This document shows positions 26,901 through 42,700 of a stretch of DNA of 64,000 bases, in pieces. This DNA is from the human T2T-CHM13v2.0 reference genome, Homo sapiens. Under the pieces are notes generated by a model. It worked only from the letters and a program-made list of their open reading frames with translations. It was not told the origin of the DNA and made no database searches. Within the stretch, counting starts at the first letter, position 1. Every line of letters begins with the position of its first letter. The position numbers were made by a program, and so were the translations under genes. Location of the stretch: assembly GCF_009914755.1 (NCBI RefSeq), contig NC_060925.1. One strand, 5' to 3'.

Positions 26901-29900
26901 TCGAATGGAATTATCATCGAATGGAATCGAATGGTATCAACACCAAACGGAAAAAAACGGAATTATCGAATGGAATCGAAGAGAATCTTCGAACGGACCC
27001 GAATGGAATCATCTAATGGAATGGAATGGAATAATCCATGGACTCGAATGCAATCATCATCGAATGGAATGGAATGGAATCATCGAATGGACTCGAATGG
27101 AATAATCATTGAACGGAATCGAATGGAATCATCATCGGATGGAAACGAATGGAATCATCATCGAATGGAAATGAAAGGAGTCATCATCTAATGGAATTGC
27201 ATGGAATCATCATAAAATGGAATCGAATGGAATCAACATCAAATGGAATCAAATGGAATCATTGAACGGAATTGAATGGAATCGTCATCGAATGAATTGA
27301 CTGCAATCATCGAATGATCTCGAATGGAATCATCTTCAAATGGAATGGAATGGAATCATCGCATAGAATCGAATGGAATTATCATCGAATGGAATCGAAT
27401 GGAATCAACATCAAACGGAAAAAAACAGAATTATCGTATGGAATCGAAGAGAATCATCGAATGGACCCGAATGGAATCATCTAATGGAATGGAATGGAAT
27501 AATCCATGGACTCGAATGCAATCATCATCGAATGGAATCGAATGGAATCATCGAATGGACTCGAATGGAATAATCATTGAACGGAATCGAATGGAATCAT
27601 CATCGGATGGAAATGAATGGAATCATCATCGAATGGAATCGAATAGAATTATGGAATGAAATCCAGTGTGATCATCATCGAATGGACCCGAATGGAATCA
27701 TCATCCAACGGAAGCTAATGGAATCAACATCGAATGAATCGAATGGAAACACCATCGAATTGAAACGAATGGAATTATCATGAAATTGAAATGGATGGAC
27801 TCATCATCGAATGGATTCGAATGGAATCATCGAATAAAATTGATTGAAATCATCATCAAATGGAATCGAATGGTATCATTGAATGGAATCGAATGGAATC
27901 ATCATCAGATGGAAATGAATGGAATCGTCATAGAATGGAATCGAATGGATTCATTGAATGGAATCAGATGGAATCATCGAATGGACTGGAATGGAATCAT
28001 TGAATGGACTCGAAAGGGATCATGATTGAATGGAATTGAATGGAATCATCGAATGGTCTCGATTGGAATCATTACCAAATGGAATCGAATGGAATCACCG
28101 AATAGAATCGAATGGAACAATCATCGAATGGACTCAAATGGAATTATCCTCAAATGGAATCGAATGGAATTATCGAACTGCAATCGAATGGAATTATCGA
28201 ATGCAATCGAATAGAATCATTGAAAGGACTCGAATGGAATCATCGAATGGAATGGAATGGAACAGTCAATGAACTCGAATGGAATCATCATTGAATGGAA
28301 TCGAATGAAATCATCGAATGGAATCGAATGGAATTATGATCAAATGGAATCGAATGTAATCATCATCAAATGGAATCAAAAATAACCATCATCAATTGGT
28401 ATTGAATGGAATTGTCATCAAATGGAATTCAAAGGAATCATCATCAAATGGAACCGAATGGAATCCTCATTGAATGGAAATGAAAGGGGTCATCATCTAA
28501 TGGAATCGCATGGAATCATCATCAAATGGAATCGAATGGAATCATCATCAAATGGAATCTAATGGAATCATTGAACAGAATTGAATGGAATCTTCATCGA
28601 ATGAATTGAATGCAATCATCGAATGGTCTCGAATGGAATCATCTTCTAATGGAAAGGAATGGAATCATCGCATAGAATCGAATGGAATTATCATCGAATG
28701 GAATCGAATGGTATCAACACCAAACGGAAAAAAACGGAATTATCGAATGGAATCGAAGAGAATCTTCGAACGGACCCGAATGGAATCATCTAATGGAATG
28801 GAATGGAATAATCCATCGACTCGAATGCAATCATCATCGAATGGAATCGAATGGAATCATCGAATGGACTCGAATGGAATAATCATTGAACGGAATCGAA
28901 TGGAATCATCATCGGATGGAAACGAATGGAATCATCATCGAATGGAAATGAAAGGAGTCATCATCTAATGGAATTGCATGGAATCATCATAAAATGGAAT
29001 CGAATGGAATCAACATCAAATGGAATCAAATGGAATCATTGAACGGAATTGAATGGAATCGTCATCGAATGAATTGACTGCAGTCATCGAATGGTCTCGA
29101 ATGGAATCATCTTCAAATGGAATGGAATGGAATTATCCCATAGAATCGAATGGAATTATCATCGAATGGAATCGAATGGAATCAACATCAAACGGAAAAA
29201 AACGGAATTATCGAATGGAATCGAAGAGAATCATCGAATGGACCCGAATGGAATCATCTAATGGAATGGAATGGAATAATCCATGGACTCGAATGCAATC
29301 ATCATCGAATGGAATCGAATGGAATCATCGAATGGACTCGAATGGAATAATCATTGAACGGAATCGAATGGAATCATCATCGGATGGAAATGAATGGAAT
29401 CATCATCGAATGGAATCGAATAGAATTATGGAATGAAATCCAGTGTGATCATCATCGAATGGACCCGAATGGAATCATCATCCAACGGAAGCTAACGGAA
29501 TCAACATCGAATGAATCGAATGGAAACACCATCGAATTGAAACGAATGGAATTATCATGAAATTGAAATGGATGGACTCATCATCGAATGGATTCGAATG
29601 GAATCATCGAATAAAATTGATTGAAATCATCATCCAATGGAATCGAATGGTATCATTGAATGGAATCGAATGGAATCATCATCAGATGGAAATGAATGGA
29701 ATCGTCATAGAATGGAATCGAATGGATTCATTGAATGGAATCAGATGGAATCATCGAATGGACTGGAATGGAATCATTGAATGGACTCGAAAGGGATCAT
29801 GATTGAATGGAATTGAATGGAATCATCGAATGGTCTCGATTGGAATCATTATCAAATGGAATCGAATGGAATCACCGAATAGAATCGAATGGAACAATCA

Positions 29901-32900
29901 TCGAATGGACTCAAATGGAATTATCCTCCAATGGAATCGAATGGAATTATCGAATGCAATCGAATGGAATTATCGAATGCAATCGAATAGAATCATCGAA
30001 TGGACTCGAATGGAATCATCGAATGGAATGGAATGGAACAGTCAATGAACTCGAATGGAATCATCATTGAATGGAATCGAATGGAATCATCGAGTGGAAT
30101 CGAATGGAATTATGATCAAATGGAATCGAATGTAATCATCATGAAATGGAATCAAAAATAACCATCATCAATTGGTATTGAATGGAATTGTCATCAAATG
30201 GAATTCAAAGGAATCATCATCAAATGGAACCGAATGGAATCCTCATTGAATGGAAATGAAAGGGGTCATCATCTAATGGAATCGCATGGAATCATCATCA
30301 AATGGAATCGAATGGAATCATCATCAAATGGAATCTAATGGAATCATTGAACAGAATTGAATGGAATCGTCATCAAATGAATTGAATGCAATCATCGAAT
30401 GGTCTCGAATGGAATCATCTTCTAATGGAAAGGAATGGAATCATCGCATAGAATCGAATGGAATTATCATCGAATGGAATCGAATGGTATCAACACCAAA
30501 CGGAAAAAAACGGAATTATCGAATGGAATCGAAGAGAATCTTCGAACGGACCCGAATGGAATCATCTAATGGAATGGAATGGAATAATCCATGGACTCGA
30601 ATGCAATCATCATCGAATGGAATGGAATGGAATCATCGAATGGACTCGAATGGAATAATCATTGAACGGAATCGAATGGAATCATCATCGGATGGAAACG
30701 AATGGAATCATCATCGAATGGAAATGAAAGGAGTCATCATCTAATGGAATTGCATGGAATCATCATCAAATGGAATCGAATGGAATCAACATCAAATGGA
30801 ATCAAATGGAATCATTGAACGGAATTGAATGGAATCGTCATCGAATGAATTGACTGCAATCATCGAATGGTCTCGAATGGAATCATCTTCAAATGGAATG
30901 GAATGGAATCATCGCATAGAATCGAATGGAATTATCATCGAATGGAATCGAATGGAATCAACATCAAACGGAAAAAAACAGAATTATCGTATGGAATCGA
31001 AGAGAATCATCGAATGGACCCGAATGGAATCATCTAATGGAATGGAATGGAATAATCCATGGACTCGAATGCAATCATCATCGAATGGAATCGAATGGAA
31101 TCATCGAATGGACTCGAATGGAATAATCATTGAACGGAATCGAATGGAATCATCATCGGATGGAAATGAATGGAATCATCATCGAATGGAATCGAATAGA
31201 ATTATGGAATGAAATCCAGTGTGATCATCATCGAATGGACCCGAATGGAATCATCATCCAACGGAAGCTAATGGAATCAACATCGAATGAATCGAATGGA
31301 AACACCATCGAATTGAAACGAATGGAATTATCATGAAATTGAAATGGATGGACTCATCATCGAATGGATTCGAATGGAATCATCGAATAAAATTGATTGA
31401 AATCATCATCAAATGGAATCGAATGGTATCATTGAATGGAATCGAATGGAATCATCATCAGATGGAAATGAATGGAATCGTCATAGAATGGAATCGAATG
31501 GATTCATTGAATGGAATCAGATGGAATCATCGAATGGACTGGAATGGAATCATTGAATGGACTCGAAAGGGATCATGATTGAATGGAATTGAATGGAATC
31601 ATCGAATGGTCTCGATTGGAATCATTACCAAATGGAATCGAATGGAATCACCGAATAGAATCGAATGGAACAATCATCGAATGGACTCAAATGGAATTAT
31701 CCTCCAATGGAATCGAATGGAATTATCGAATGCAATCGAATGGAATTATCGAATGCAATCGAATAGAATCATCGAATGGACTCGAATGGAATCATCGAAT
31801 GGAATGGAATGGAACAGTCAATGAACTCGAATGGAATCATCATTGAATGGAATCGAATGGAATCATCGAGTGGAATCGAATGGAATTATGATCAAATGGA
31901 ATCGAATGTAATCATCATGAAATGGAATCAAATATAACCATCATCAATTGGTATTGAATGGAATTGTCATCAAATGGAATTCAAAGGAATCATCATCAAA
32001 TGGAACCGAATGGAATCCTCATTGAATGGAAATGAAAGGGGTCATCATCTAATGGAATCGCATGGAATCATCATCAAATGGAATCGAATGGAATCATCAT
32101 CAAATGGAATCTAATGGAATCATTGAACAGAATTGAATGGAATCGTCATCAAATGAATTGAATGCAATCATCGAATGGTCTCGAATGGAATCATCTTCTA
32201 ATGGAAAGGAATGGAATCATCGCATAGAATCGAATGGAATTATCATCGAATGGAATCGAATGGTATCAACACCAAACGGAAAAAAACGGAATTATCGAAT
32301 GGAATCGAAGAGAATCTTCGAACGGACCCGAATGGAATCATCTAATGGAATGGAATGGAATAATCCATGGACTCGAATGCAATCATCATCGAATGGAATG
32401 GAATGGAATCATCGAATGGACTCGAATGGAATAATCATTGAACGGAATCGAATGGAATCATCATCGGATGGAAACGAATGGAATCATCATCGAATGGAAA
32501 TGAAAGGAGTCATCATCTAATGGAATTGCATGGAATCATCATAAAATGGAATCGAATGGAATCAACATCAAATGGAATCAAATGGAATCATTGAACGGAA
32601 TTGAATGGAATCGTCATCGAATGAATTGACTGCAATCATCGAATGGTCTCGAATGGAATCATCTTCAAATGGAATGGAATGGAATCATCGCATAGAATCG
32701 AATGGAATTATCATCGAATGGAATCGAATGGAATCAACATCAAACGGAAAAAAACAGAATTATCGTATGGAATCGAAGAGAATCATCGAATGGACCCGAA
32801 TGGAATCATCTAATGGAATGGAATGGAATAATCCATGGACTCGAATGCAATCATCATCGAATGGAATCGAATGGAATCATCGAATGGACTCGAATGGAAT

Positions 32901-35688
32901 AATCATTGAACGGAATCGAATGGAATCATCATCGGATGGAAATGAATGGAATCATCATCGAATGGAATCGAATAGAATTATGGAATGAAATCCAGTGTGA
33001 TCATCATCGAATGGACCCGAATGGAATCATCATCCAACGGAAGCTAATGGAATCAACATCGAATGAATCGAATGGAAACACCATCGAATTGAAACGAATG
33101 GAATTATCATGAAATTGAAATGGATGGACTCATCATCGAATGGATTCGAATGGAATCATCGAATAAAATTGATTGAAATCATCATCAAATGGAATCGAAT
33201 GGTATCATTGAATGGAATCGAATGGAATCATCATCAGATGGAAATGAATGGAATCGTCATAGAATGGAATCGAATGGATTCATTGAATGGAATCAGATGG
33301 AATCATCGAATGGACTGGAATGGAATCATTGAATGGACTCGAAAGGGATCATGATTGAATGGAATTGAATGGAATCATCGAATGGTCTCGATTGGAATCA
33401 TTACCAAATGGAATCGAATGGAATCACCGAATAGAATCGAATGGAACAATCATCGAATGGACTCAAATGGAATTATCCTCAAATGGAATCGAATGGAATT
33501 ATCGAATGCAATCGAATGGAATTATCGAATGCAATCGAATAGAATCATCGAAAGGACTCGAATGGAATCATCGAATGGAATGGAATGGAACAGTCAATGA
33601 ACTCGAATGGAATCATCATTGAATGGAATCGAATGGAATCATCGAGTGGAATCGAATGGAATTATGATCAAATGGAATCGAATGTAATCATCATCAAATG
33701 GAATAAAAAATAACCATCATCAATTGGTATTGAATGGAATTGTCATCAAATGGAATTCAAAGGAATCATCATCAAATGGAACCGAATGGAATCCTCATTG
33801 AATGGAAATGAAAGGGGTCATCATCTAATGGAATCGCATGGAATCATCATCAAATGGAATCGAATGGAATCATCATCAAATGGAATCTAATGGAATCATT
33901 GAACAGAATTGAATGGAATCGTCATCGAATGAATTGAATGCAATCATCGAATGGTCTCGAATGGAATCATCTTCTAATGGAAAGGAATGGAATCATCGCA
34001 TAGAATCGAATGGAATTATCATCGAATGGAATCGAATGGTATCAACACCAAACGGAAAAAAACGGAATTATCGAATGGAATCGAAGAGAATCTTCGAACG
34101 GACCCGAATGGAATCATCTAATGGAATGGAATGGAATAATCCATGGACTCGAATGCAATCATCATCGAATGGAATCGAATGGAATCATCGAATGGACTCG
34201 AATGGAATAATCATTGAACGGAATCGAATGGAATCATCATCGGATGGAAACGAATGGAATCATCATCGAATGGAAATGAAAGGAGTCATCATCTAATGGA
34301 ATTGCATGGAATCATCATAAAATGGAATCGAATGGAATCAACATCAAATGGAATCAAATGGAATCATTGAACGGAATTGAATGGAATCGTCATCGAATGA
34401 ATTGACTGCAATCATCGAATGGTCTCGAATGGAATCATCTTCAAATGGAATGGAATGGAATCATCGCATAGAATCGAATGGAATTATCATCGAATGGAAT
34501 CGAATGGAATCAACATCAAACGGAAAAAAACAGAATTATCGTATGGAATCGAAGAGAATCATCGAATGGACCCGAATGGAATCATCTAATGGAATGGAAT
34601 GGAATAATCCATGGACTCGAATGCAATCATCATCGAATGGAATCGAATGGAATCATCGAATGGACTCGAATGGAATAATCATTGAACGGAATCGAATGGA
34701 ATCATCATCGGATGGAAATGAATGGAATCATCATCGAATGGAATCGAATAGAATTATGGAATGAAATCCAGTGTGATCATCATCGAATGGACCCGAATGG
34801 AATCATCATCCAACGGAAGCTAATGGAATCAACATCGAATGAATCGAATGGAAACACCATCGAATTGAAACGAATGGAATTATCATGAAATTGAAATGGA
34901 TGGACTCATCATCGAATGGATTCGAATGGAATCATCGAATAAAATTGATTGAAATCATCATCAAATGGAATCGAATGGTATCATTGAATGGAATCGAATG
35001 GAATCATCATCAGATGGAAATGAATGGAATCGTCATAGAATGGAATCGAATGGATTCATTGAATGGAATCAGATGGAATCATCGAATGGACTGGAATGGA
35101 ATCATTGAATGGACTCGAAAGGGATCATGATTGAATGGAATTGAATGGAATCATCGAATGGTCTCGATTGGAATCATTACCAAATGGAATCGAATGGAAT
35201 CACCGAATAGAATCGAATGGAACAATCATCGAATGGACTCAAATGGAATTATCCTCAAATGGAATCGAATGGAATTATCGAATGCAATCGAATGGAATTA
35301 TCGAATGCAATCGAATAGAATCATTGAAAGGACTCGAATGGAATCATCGAATGGAATGGAATGGAACAGTCAATGAACTCGAATGGAATCATCATTGAAT
35401 GGAATCGAATGAAATCATCGAATGGAATCGAATGGAATTATGATCAAATGGAATCGAATGTAATCATCATCAAATGGAATCAAAAATAACCATCATCAAT
35501 TGGTATTGAATGGAATTGTCATCAAATGGAATTCAAAGGAATCATCATCAAATGGAACCGAATGGAATCCTCATTGAATGGAAATGAAAGGGGTCATCAT
35601 CTAATGGAATCGCATGGAATCATCATCAAATGGAATCGAATGGAATCATCATCAAATGGAATCTAATGGAATCATTGAACAGAATTGA
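16146..35688 (+). repeat. Local higher-order repeat: three related cassettes of 4, 3 and 4 units (starts 16146, 23251, 28585)
   Basis: Each cassette opens with a unit bearing atcttcatcg, ccatcgactc, atcccatag and gctaacgg, continues with aaacagaattatcgtatgg/attaccaaa units, and ends with atgaaatcatcgaatgg. Confidence 0.85.
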
Positions 35689-36751
35689 ATGGAATCGTCA
35701 TCGAATGAATTGAATGCACTCATCGAATGGTCTCGAATGGAATCATCTTCTAATGGAAAGGAATGGAATCATCGCATAGAATCGAATGGAATTATCATCA
35801 AATGGAATCGAATGGTATCAACACCAAACGGAAAAAAACGGAATTATCGAATGGAATCGAAGAGAATCTTCGAACGGACCCGAATGGAATCATCTAATGG
35901 AATGGAATGGAATAATCCATGGACTCGAATGCAATCATCATCGAATGGAATCGAATGGAGTCATCGAATGGACTCGAATGGAATAATCATTGAACGGAAT
36001 CGAATGGAATCATCATCGGATGGAAACGAATGGAATCATCATCGAATGGAAATGAAAGGAGTCATCATCTAATGGAATTGCATGGAATCATCATAAAATG
36101 GAATCGAATGGAATCAACATCAAATGGAATCAAATGGAATCATTGAACGGAATTGAATGGAATCGTCATCGAATGAATTGAATGCAATCATCGAATGGTC
36201 TCGAATGGAATCATCTTCAAATGGAATGGAATGGAATCATCGCATAGAATCGAATGGAATTATCATCGAATGGAATCGAATGGAATCAACATCAAACGGA
36301 AAAAAACGGAATTATCGAATGGAATAGAAGAGAATCATCGAATGGACCCGAATGGAATCATCTAATGGAATGGAATGGAATAATCCATGGACTCGAATGC
36401 AATCATCATCGAATGGAATCGAATGGAATCATCGAATGAACTCGAATGGAATCATCATTGAATGGAATCGAATGGAATCATCGAGTGGAATCGAATGGAA
36501 TTATGATCAAATGGAATCGAATGTAATCATCATCAAATGGAATCAAAAATAACCATCATCAATTGGTATTGAATGGAATTGTCATCAAATGGAATTCAAA
36601 GGAATCATCATCAAATGGAACCGAATGGAATCCTCATTGAATGGAAATGAAAGGGGTCATCATCTAATGGAATTGCATGGAATCATCATCAAATGGAATC
36701 GAATGGAATCATCATCAAATGGAATCTAATGGAATCATTGAACAGAATTGA
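35689..36751 (+). repeat. 1063-bp truncated unit (713-bp deletion)
   Basis: Anchor spacing 1063; junction at ~36436; private SNVs gcactcatc and ggagtcatcg. Confidence 0.93.
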
Positions 36752-39700
36752 ATGGAATCGTCATCGAATGAATTGAATGCAATCATCGAATGGTCTCGAA
36801 TGGAATCATCTTCTAATGGAAAGGAATGGAATCATCGCATAGAATCGAATGGAATTATCATCGAATGGAATCGAATGGTATCAACACCAAACGGAAAAAA
36901 ACGGAATTATCGAATGGAATCGAAGAGAATCTTCGAACGGACCCGAATGGAATCATCTAATGGAATGGAATGGAATAATCCATGGACTCGAATGCAATCA
37001 TCATCGAATGGAATCGAATGGAATCATCGAATGGACTCGAATGGAATAATCATTGAACGGAATCGAATGGAATCATCATCGGATGGAAACGAATGGAATC
37101 ATCATCGAATGGAAATGAAAGGAGTCATCATCTAATGGAATTGCATGGAATCATCATAAAATGGAATCGAATGGAATCAACATCAAATGGAATCAAATGG
37201 AATCATTGAACGGAATTGAATGGAATCGTCATCGAATGAATTGACTGCAATCATCGAATGGTCTCGAATGGAATCATCTTCAAATGGAATGGAATGGAAT
37301 CATCGCATAGAATCGAATGGAATTATCATCGAATGGAATCGAATGGAATCAACATCCAACGGAAAAAAACGGAATTATCGAATGGAATCGAAGAGAATCA
37401 TCGAATGGACCCGAATGGAATCATCTAATGGAATGGAATGGAATAATCCATGGACTCGAATGCAATCATCATCGAATGGAATCGAATGGAATCATCGAAT
37501 GGACTCGAATGGAATAATCATTGAACGGAATCGAATGGAATCATCATCGGATGGAAATGAATGGAATCATCATCGAATGGAATCGAATAGAATTATGGAA
37601 TGAAATCCAGTGTGATCATCATCGAAAGGACCCGAATGGAATCATCATCCAACGGAAGCTAATGGAATCAACATCGAATGAATCGAATGGAAACACCATC
37701 GAATTGAAACGAATGGAATTATCATGAAATTGAAATGGATGGACTCATCATCGAATGGATTCGAATGGAATCATCGAATAAAATTGATTGAAATCATCAT
37801 CCAATGGAATCGAATGGTATCATTGAATGGAATCGAATGGAATCATCATCAGATGGAAATGAATGGAATCGTCATAGAATGGAATCGAATGGATTCATTG
37901 AATGGAATCAGATGGAATCATCGAATGGACTGGAATGGAATCATTGAATGGACTCGAAAGGGATCATGATTGAATGGAATTGAATGGAATCATCGAATGG
38001 TCTCGATTGGAATCATTATCAAATGGAATCGAATGGAATCACCGAATAGAATCGAATGGAACAATCATCGAATGGACTCAAATGGAATTATCCTCAAATG
38101 GAATCGAATGGAATTATCGAATGCAATCGAATGGAATTATCGAATGCAATCGAATAGAATCATCGAATGGACTCGAATGGAATCATCGAATGGAATGGAA
38201 TGGAACAGTCAATGAACTCGAATGGAATCATCATTGAAAGGAATCGAATGGAATCATCGAGTGGAATCGAATGGAATTATGATCAAATGGAATCGAATGT
38301 AATCATCATCAAATGGAATCAAAAATAACCATCATCAATTGGTATTGAATGGAATTGTCATCAAATGGAATTCAAAGGAATCATCATCAAATGGAACCGA
38401 ATGGAATCCTCATTGAATGGAAATGAAAGGGGTCATCATCTAATGGAATCAGATGGAATCATCATCAAATGGAATCGAATGGAATCATCATCAAATGGAA
38501 TCTAATGGAATCATTGAACAGAATTGAATGGAATCGTCATCGAATGAATTGAATGCAATCATCGAATGGTCTCGAATGGAATCATCTTCTAATGGAAAGG
38601 AATGGAATCATCGCATAGAATCGAATGGAATTATCATCGAATGGAATCGAATGGTATCAACACCAAACGGAAAAAAACGGAATTATCGAATGGAATCGAA
38701 GAGAATCTTCGAACGGACCCGAATGGAATCATCTAATGGAATGGAATGGAATAATCCATGGACTCGAATGCAATCATCATCGAATGGAATCGAATGGAAT
38801 CATCGAATGGACTCGAATGGAATAATCATTGAACGGAATCGAATGGAATCATCATCGGATGGAAACGAATGGAATCATCATCGAATGGAAATGAAAGGAG
38901 TCATCATCTAATGGAATTGCATGGAATCATCATAAAATGGAATCGAATGGAATCAACATCAAATGGAATCAAATGGAATCATTGAACGGAATTGAATGGA
39001 ATCGTCATCGAATGAATTGAATGCAATCATCGAATGGTCTCGAATGGAATCATCTTCAAATGGAATGGAATGGAATCATCGCATAGAATCGAATGGAATT
39101 ATCATCGAATGGAATCGAATGGAATCAACATCCAACGGAAAAAAACGGAATTATCGAATGGAATCGAAGAGAATCATCGAATGGACCCGAATGGAATCAT
39201 CTAATGGAATGGAATGGAATAATCCATGGACTCGAATGCAATCATCATCGAATGGAATCGAATGGAATCATCGAATGGACTCGAATGGAATAATCATTGA
39301 ACGGAATCGAATGGAATCATCATCGGATGGAAATGAATGGAATCATCATCGAATGGAATCGAATAGAATTATGGAATGAAATCCAGTGTGATCATCATCG
39401 AATGGACCCGAATGGAATCATCATCCAACGGAAGCTAATGGAATCAACATCGAATGAATCAAATGGAAACACCATCGAATTGAAACGAATGGAATTATCA
39501 TGAAATTGAAATGGATGGACTCATCATCGAATGGATTCGAATGGAATCATCGAATAAAATTGATTGAAATCATCATCGAATGGAATCGAATGGTATCATT
39601 GAATGGAATCGAATGGAATCATCATCAGATGGAAATGAATGGAATCGTCATAGAATGGAATCGAATGGATTCATTGAATGGAATCAGATGGAATCATCGA

Positions 39701-42700
39701 ATGGACTGGAATGGAATCATTGAATGGACTCGAAAGGGATCATGATTGAATGGAATTGAATGGAATCATCGAATGGTCTCGATTGGAATCATTATCAAAT
39801 GGAATCGAATGGAATCACCGAATAGAATCGAATGGAACAATCATCGAATGGACTCAAATGGAATTATCCTCAAATGGAATCGAATGGAATTATCGAATGC
39901 AATCGAATGGAATTATCGAATGCAATCGAATAGAATCATCGAATGGACTCGAATGGAATCATCGAATGGAATGGAATGGAACAGTCAATGAACTCGAATG
40001 GAATCATCATTGAAAGGAATCGAATGGAATCATCGAGTGGAATCGAATGGAATTATGATCAAATGGAATCGAATGTAATCATCATCAAATGGAATCAAAA
40101 ATAACCATCATCAATTGGTATTGAATGGAATTGTCATCAAATGGAATTCAAAGGAATCATCATCAAATGGAACCGAATGGAATCCTCATTGAATGGAAAT
40201 GAAAGGGGTCATCATCTAATGGAATCGCATGGAATCATCATCAAATGGAATCGAATGGAATCATCATCAAATGGAATCTAATGGAATCATTGAACAGAAT
40301 TGAATGGAATCGTCATCGAATGAATTGAATGCAATCATCGAATGGTCTCGAATGGAATCATCTTCTAATGGAAAGGAATGGAATCATCGCATAGAATCGA
40401 ACGGAATTATCATCGAATGGAATCGAATGGTATCAACACCAAACGGAAAAAAACGGAATTATCGAATGGAATCGAAGAGAATCTTCGAACGGACCCGAAT
40501 GGAATCATCTAATGGAATGGAATGGAATAATCCATGGACTCGAATGCAATCATCATCGAATGGAATGGAATGGAATCATCGAATGGACTCGAATGGAATA
40601 ATCATTGAACGGAATCGAATGGAATCATCATCGGATGGAAACGAATGGAATCATCATCGAATGGAAATGAAAGGAGTCATCATCTAATGGAATTGCATGG
40701 AATCATCATAAAATGGAATCGAATGGAATCAACATCAAATGGAATCAAATGGAATCATTGAACGGAATTGAATGGAATCGTCATCGAATGAATTGACTGC
40801 AATCATCGAATGGTCTCGAATGGAATCATCTTCAAATGGAATGGAATGGAATCATCGCATAGAATCGAATGGAATTATCATCGAATGGAATCGAATGGAA
40901 TCAACATCCAACGGAAAAAAACGGAATTATCGAATGGAATCGAAGAGAATCATCGAATGGACCCGAATGGAATCATCTAATGGAATGGAATGGAATAATC
41001 CATGGACTCGAATGCAATCATCATCGAATGGAATCGAATGGAATCATCGAATGGACTCGAATGGAATAATCATTGAACGGAATCGAATGGAATCATCATC
41101 GGATGGAAATGAATGGAATCATCATCGAATGGAATCGAATAGAATTATGGAATGAAATCCAGTGTGATCATCATCGAAAGGACCCGAATGGAATCATCAT
41201 CCAACGGAAGCTAATGGAATCAACATCGAATGAATCGAATGGAAACACCATCGAATTGAAACGAATGGAATTATCATGAAATTGAAATGGATGGACTCAT
41301 CATCGAATGGATTCGAATGGAATCATCGAATAAAATTGATTGAAATCATCATCCAATGGAATCGAATGGTATCATTGAATGGAATCGAATGGAATCATCA
41401 TCAGATGGAAATGAATGGAATCGTCATAGAATGGAATCGAATGGATTCATTGAATGGAATCAGATGGAATCATCGAATGGACTGGAATGGAATCATTGAA
41501 TGGACTCGAAAGGGATCATGATTGAATGGAATTGAATGGAATCATCGAATGGTCTCGATTGGAATCATTATCAAATGGAATCGAATGGAATCACCGAATA
41601 GAATCGAATGGAACAATCATCGAATGGACTCAAATGGAATTATCCTCAAATGGAATCGAATGGAATTATCGAATGCAATCGAATGGAATTATCGAATGCA
41701 ATCGAATAGAATCATCGAATGGACTCGAATGGAATCATCGAATGGAATGGAATGGAACAGTCAATGAACTCGAATGGAATCATCATTGAAAGGAATCGAA
41801 TGGAATCATCGAGTGGAATCGAATGGAATTATGATCAAATGGAATCGAATGTAATCATCATCAAATGGAATCAAAAATAACCATCATCAATTGGTATTGA
41901 ATGGAATTGTCATCAAATGGAATTCAAAGGAATCATCATCAAATGGAACCGAATGGAATCCTCATTGAATGGAAATGAAAGGGGTCATCATCTAATGGAA
42001 TCGGATGGAATCATCATCAAATGGAATCGAATGGAATCATCATCAAATGGAATCTAATGGAATCATTGAACAGAATTGAATGGAATCGTCATCGAATGAA
42101 TTGAATGCAATCATCGAATGGTCTCGAATGGAATCATCTTCTAATGGAAAGGAATGGAATCATCGCATAGAATCGAATGGAATTATCATCGAATGGAATC
42201 GAATGGTATCAACACCAAACGGAAAAAAACGGAATTATCGAATGGAATCGAAGAGAATCTTCGAACGGACCCGAATGGAATCATCTAATGGAATGAAATG
42301 GAATAATCCATGGACTCGAATGCAATCATCATCGAATGGAATCGAATGGAATCATCGAATGGACTCGAATGGAATAATCATTGAACGGAATCGAATGGAA
42401 TCATCATCGGATGGAAACGAATGGAATCATCATCGAATGGAAATGAAAGGAGTCATCATCTAATGGAATTGCATGGAATCATCATAAAATGGAATCGAAT
42501 GGAATCAACATCAAATGGAATCAAATGGAATCATTGAACGGAATTGAATGGAATCGTCATCGAATGAATTGAATGCAATCATCGAATGGTCTCGAATGGA
42601 ATCATCTTCAAATGGAATGGAATGGAATCATCGCATAGAATCGAATGGAATTATCATCGAATGGAATCGAATGGAATCAACATCCAACGGAAGAAAACGG

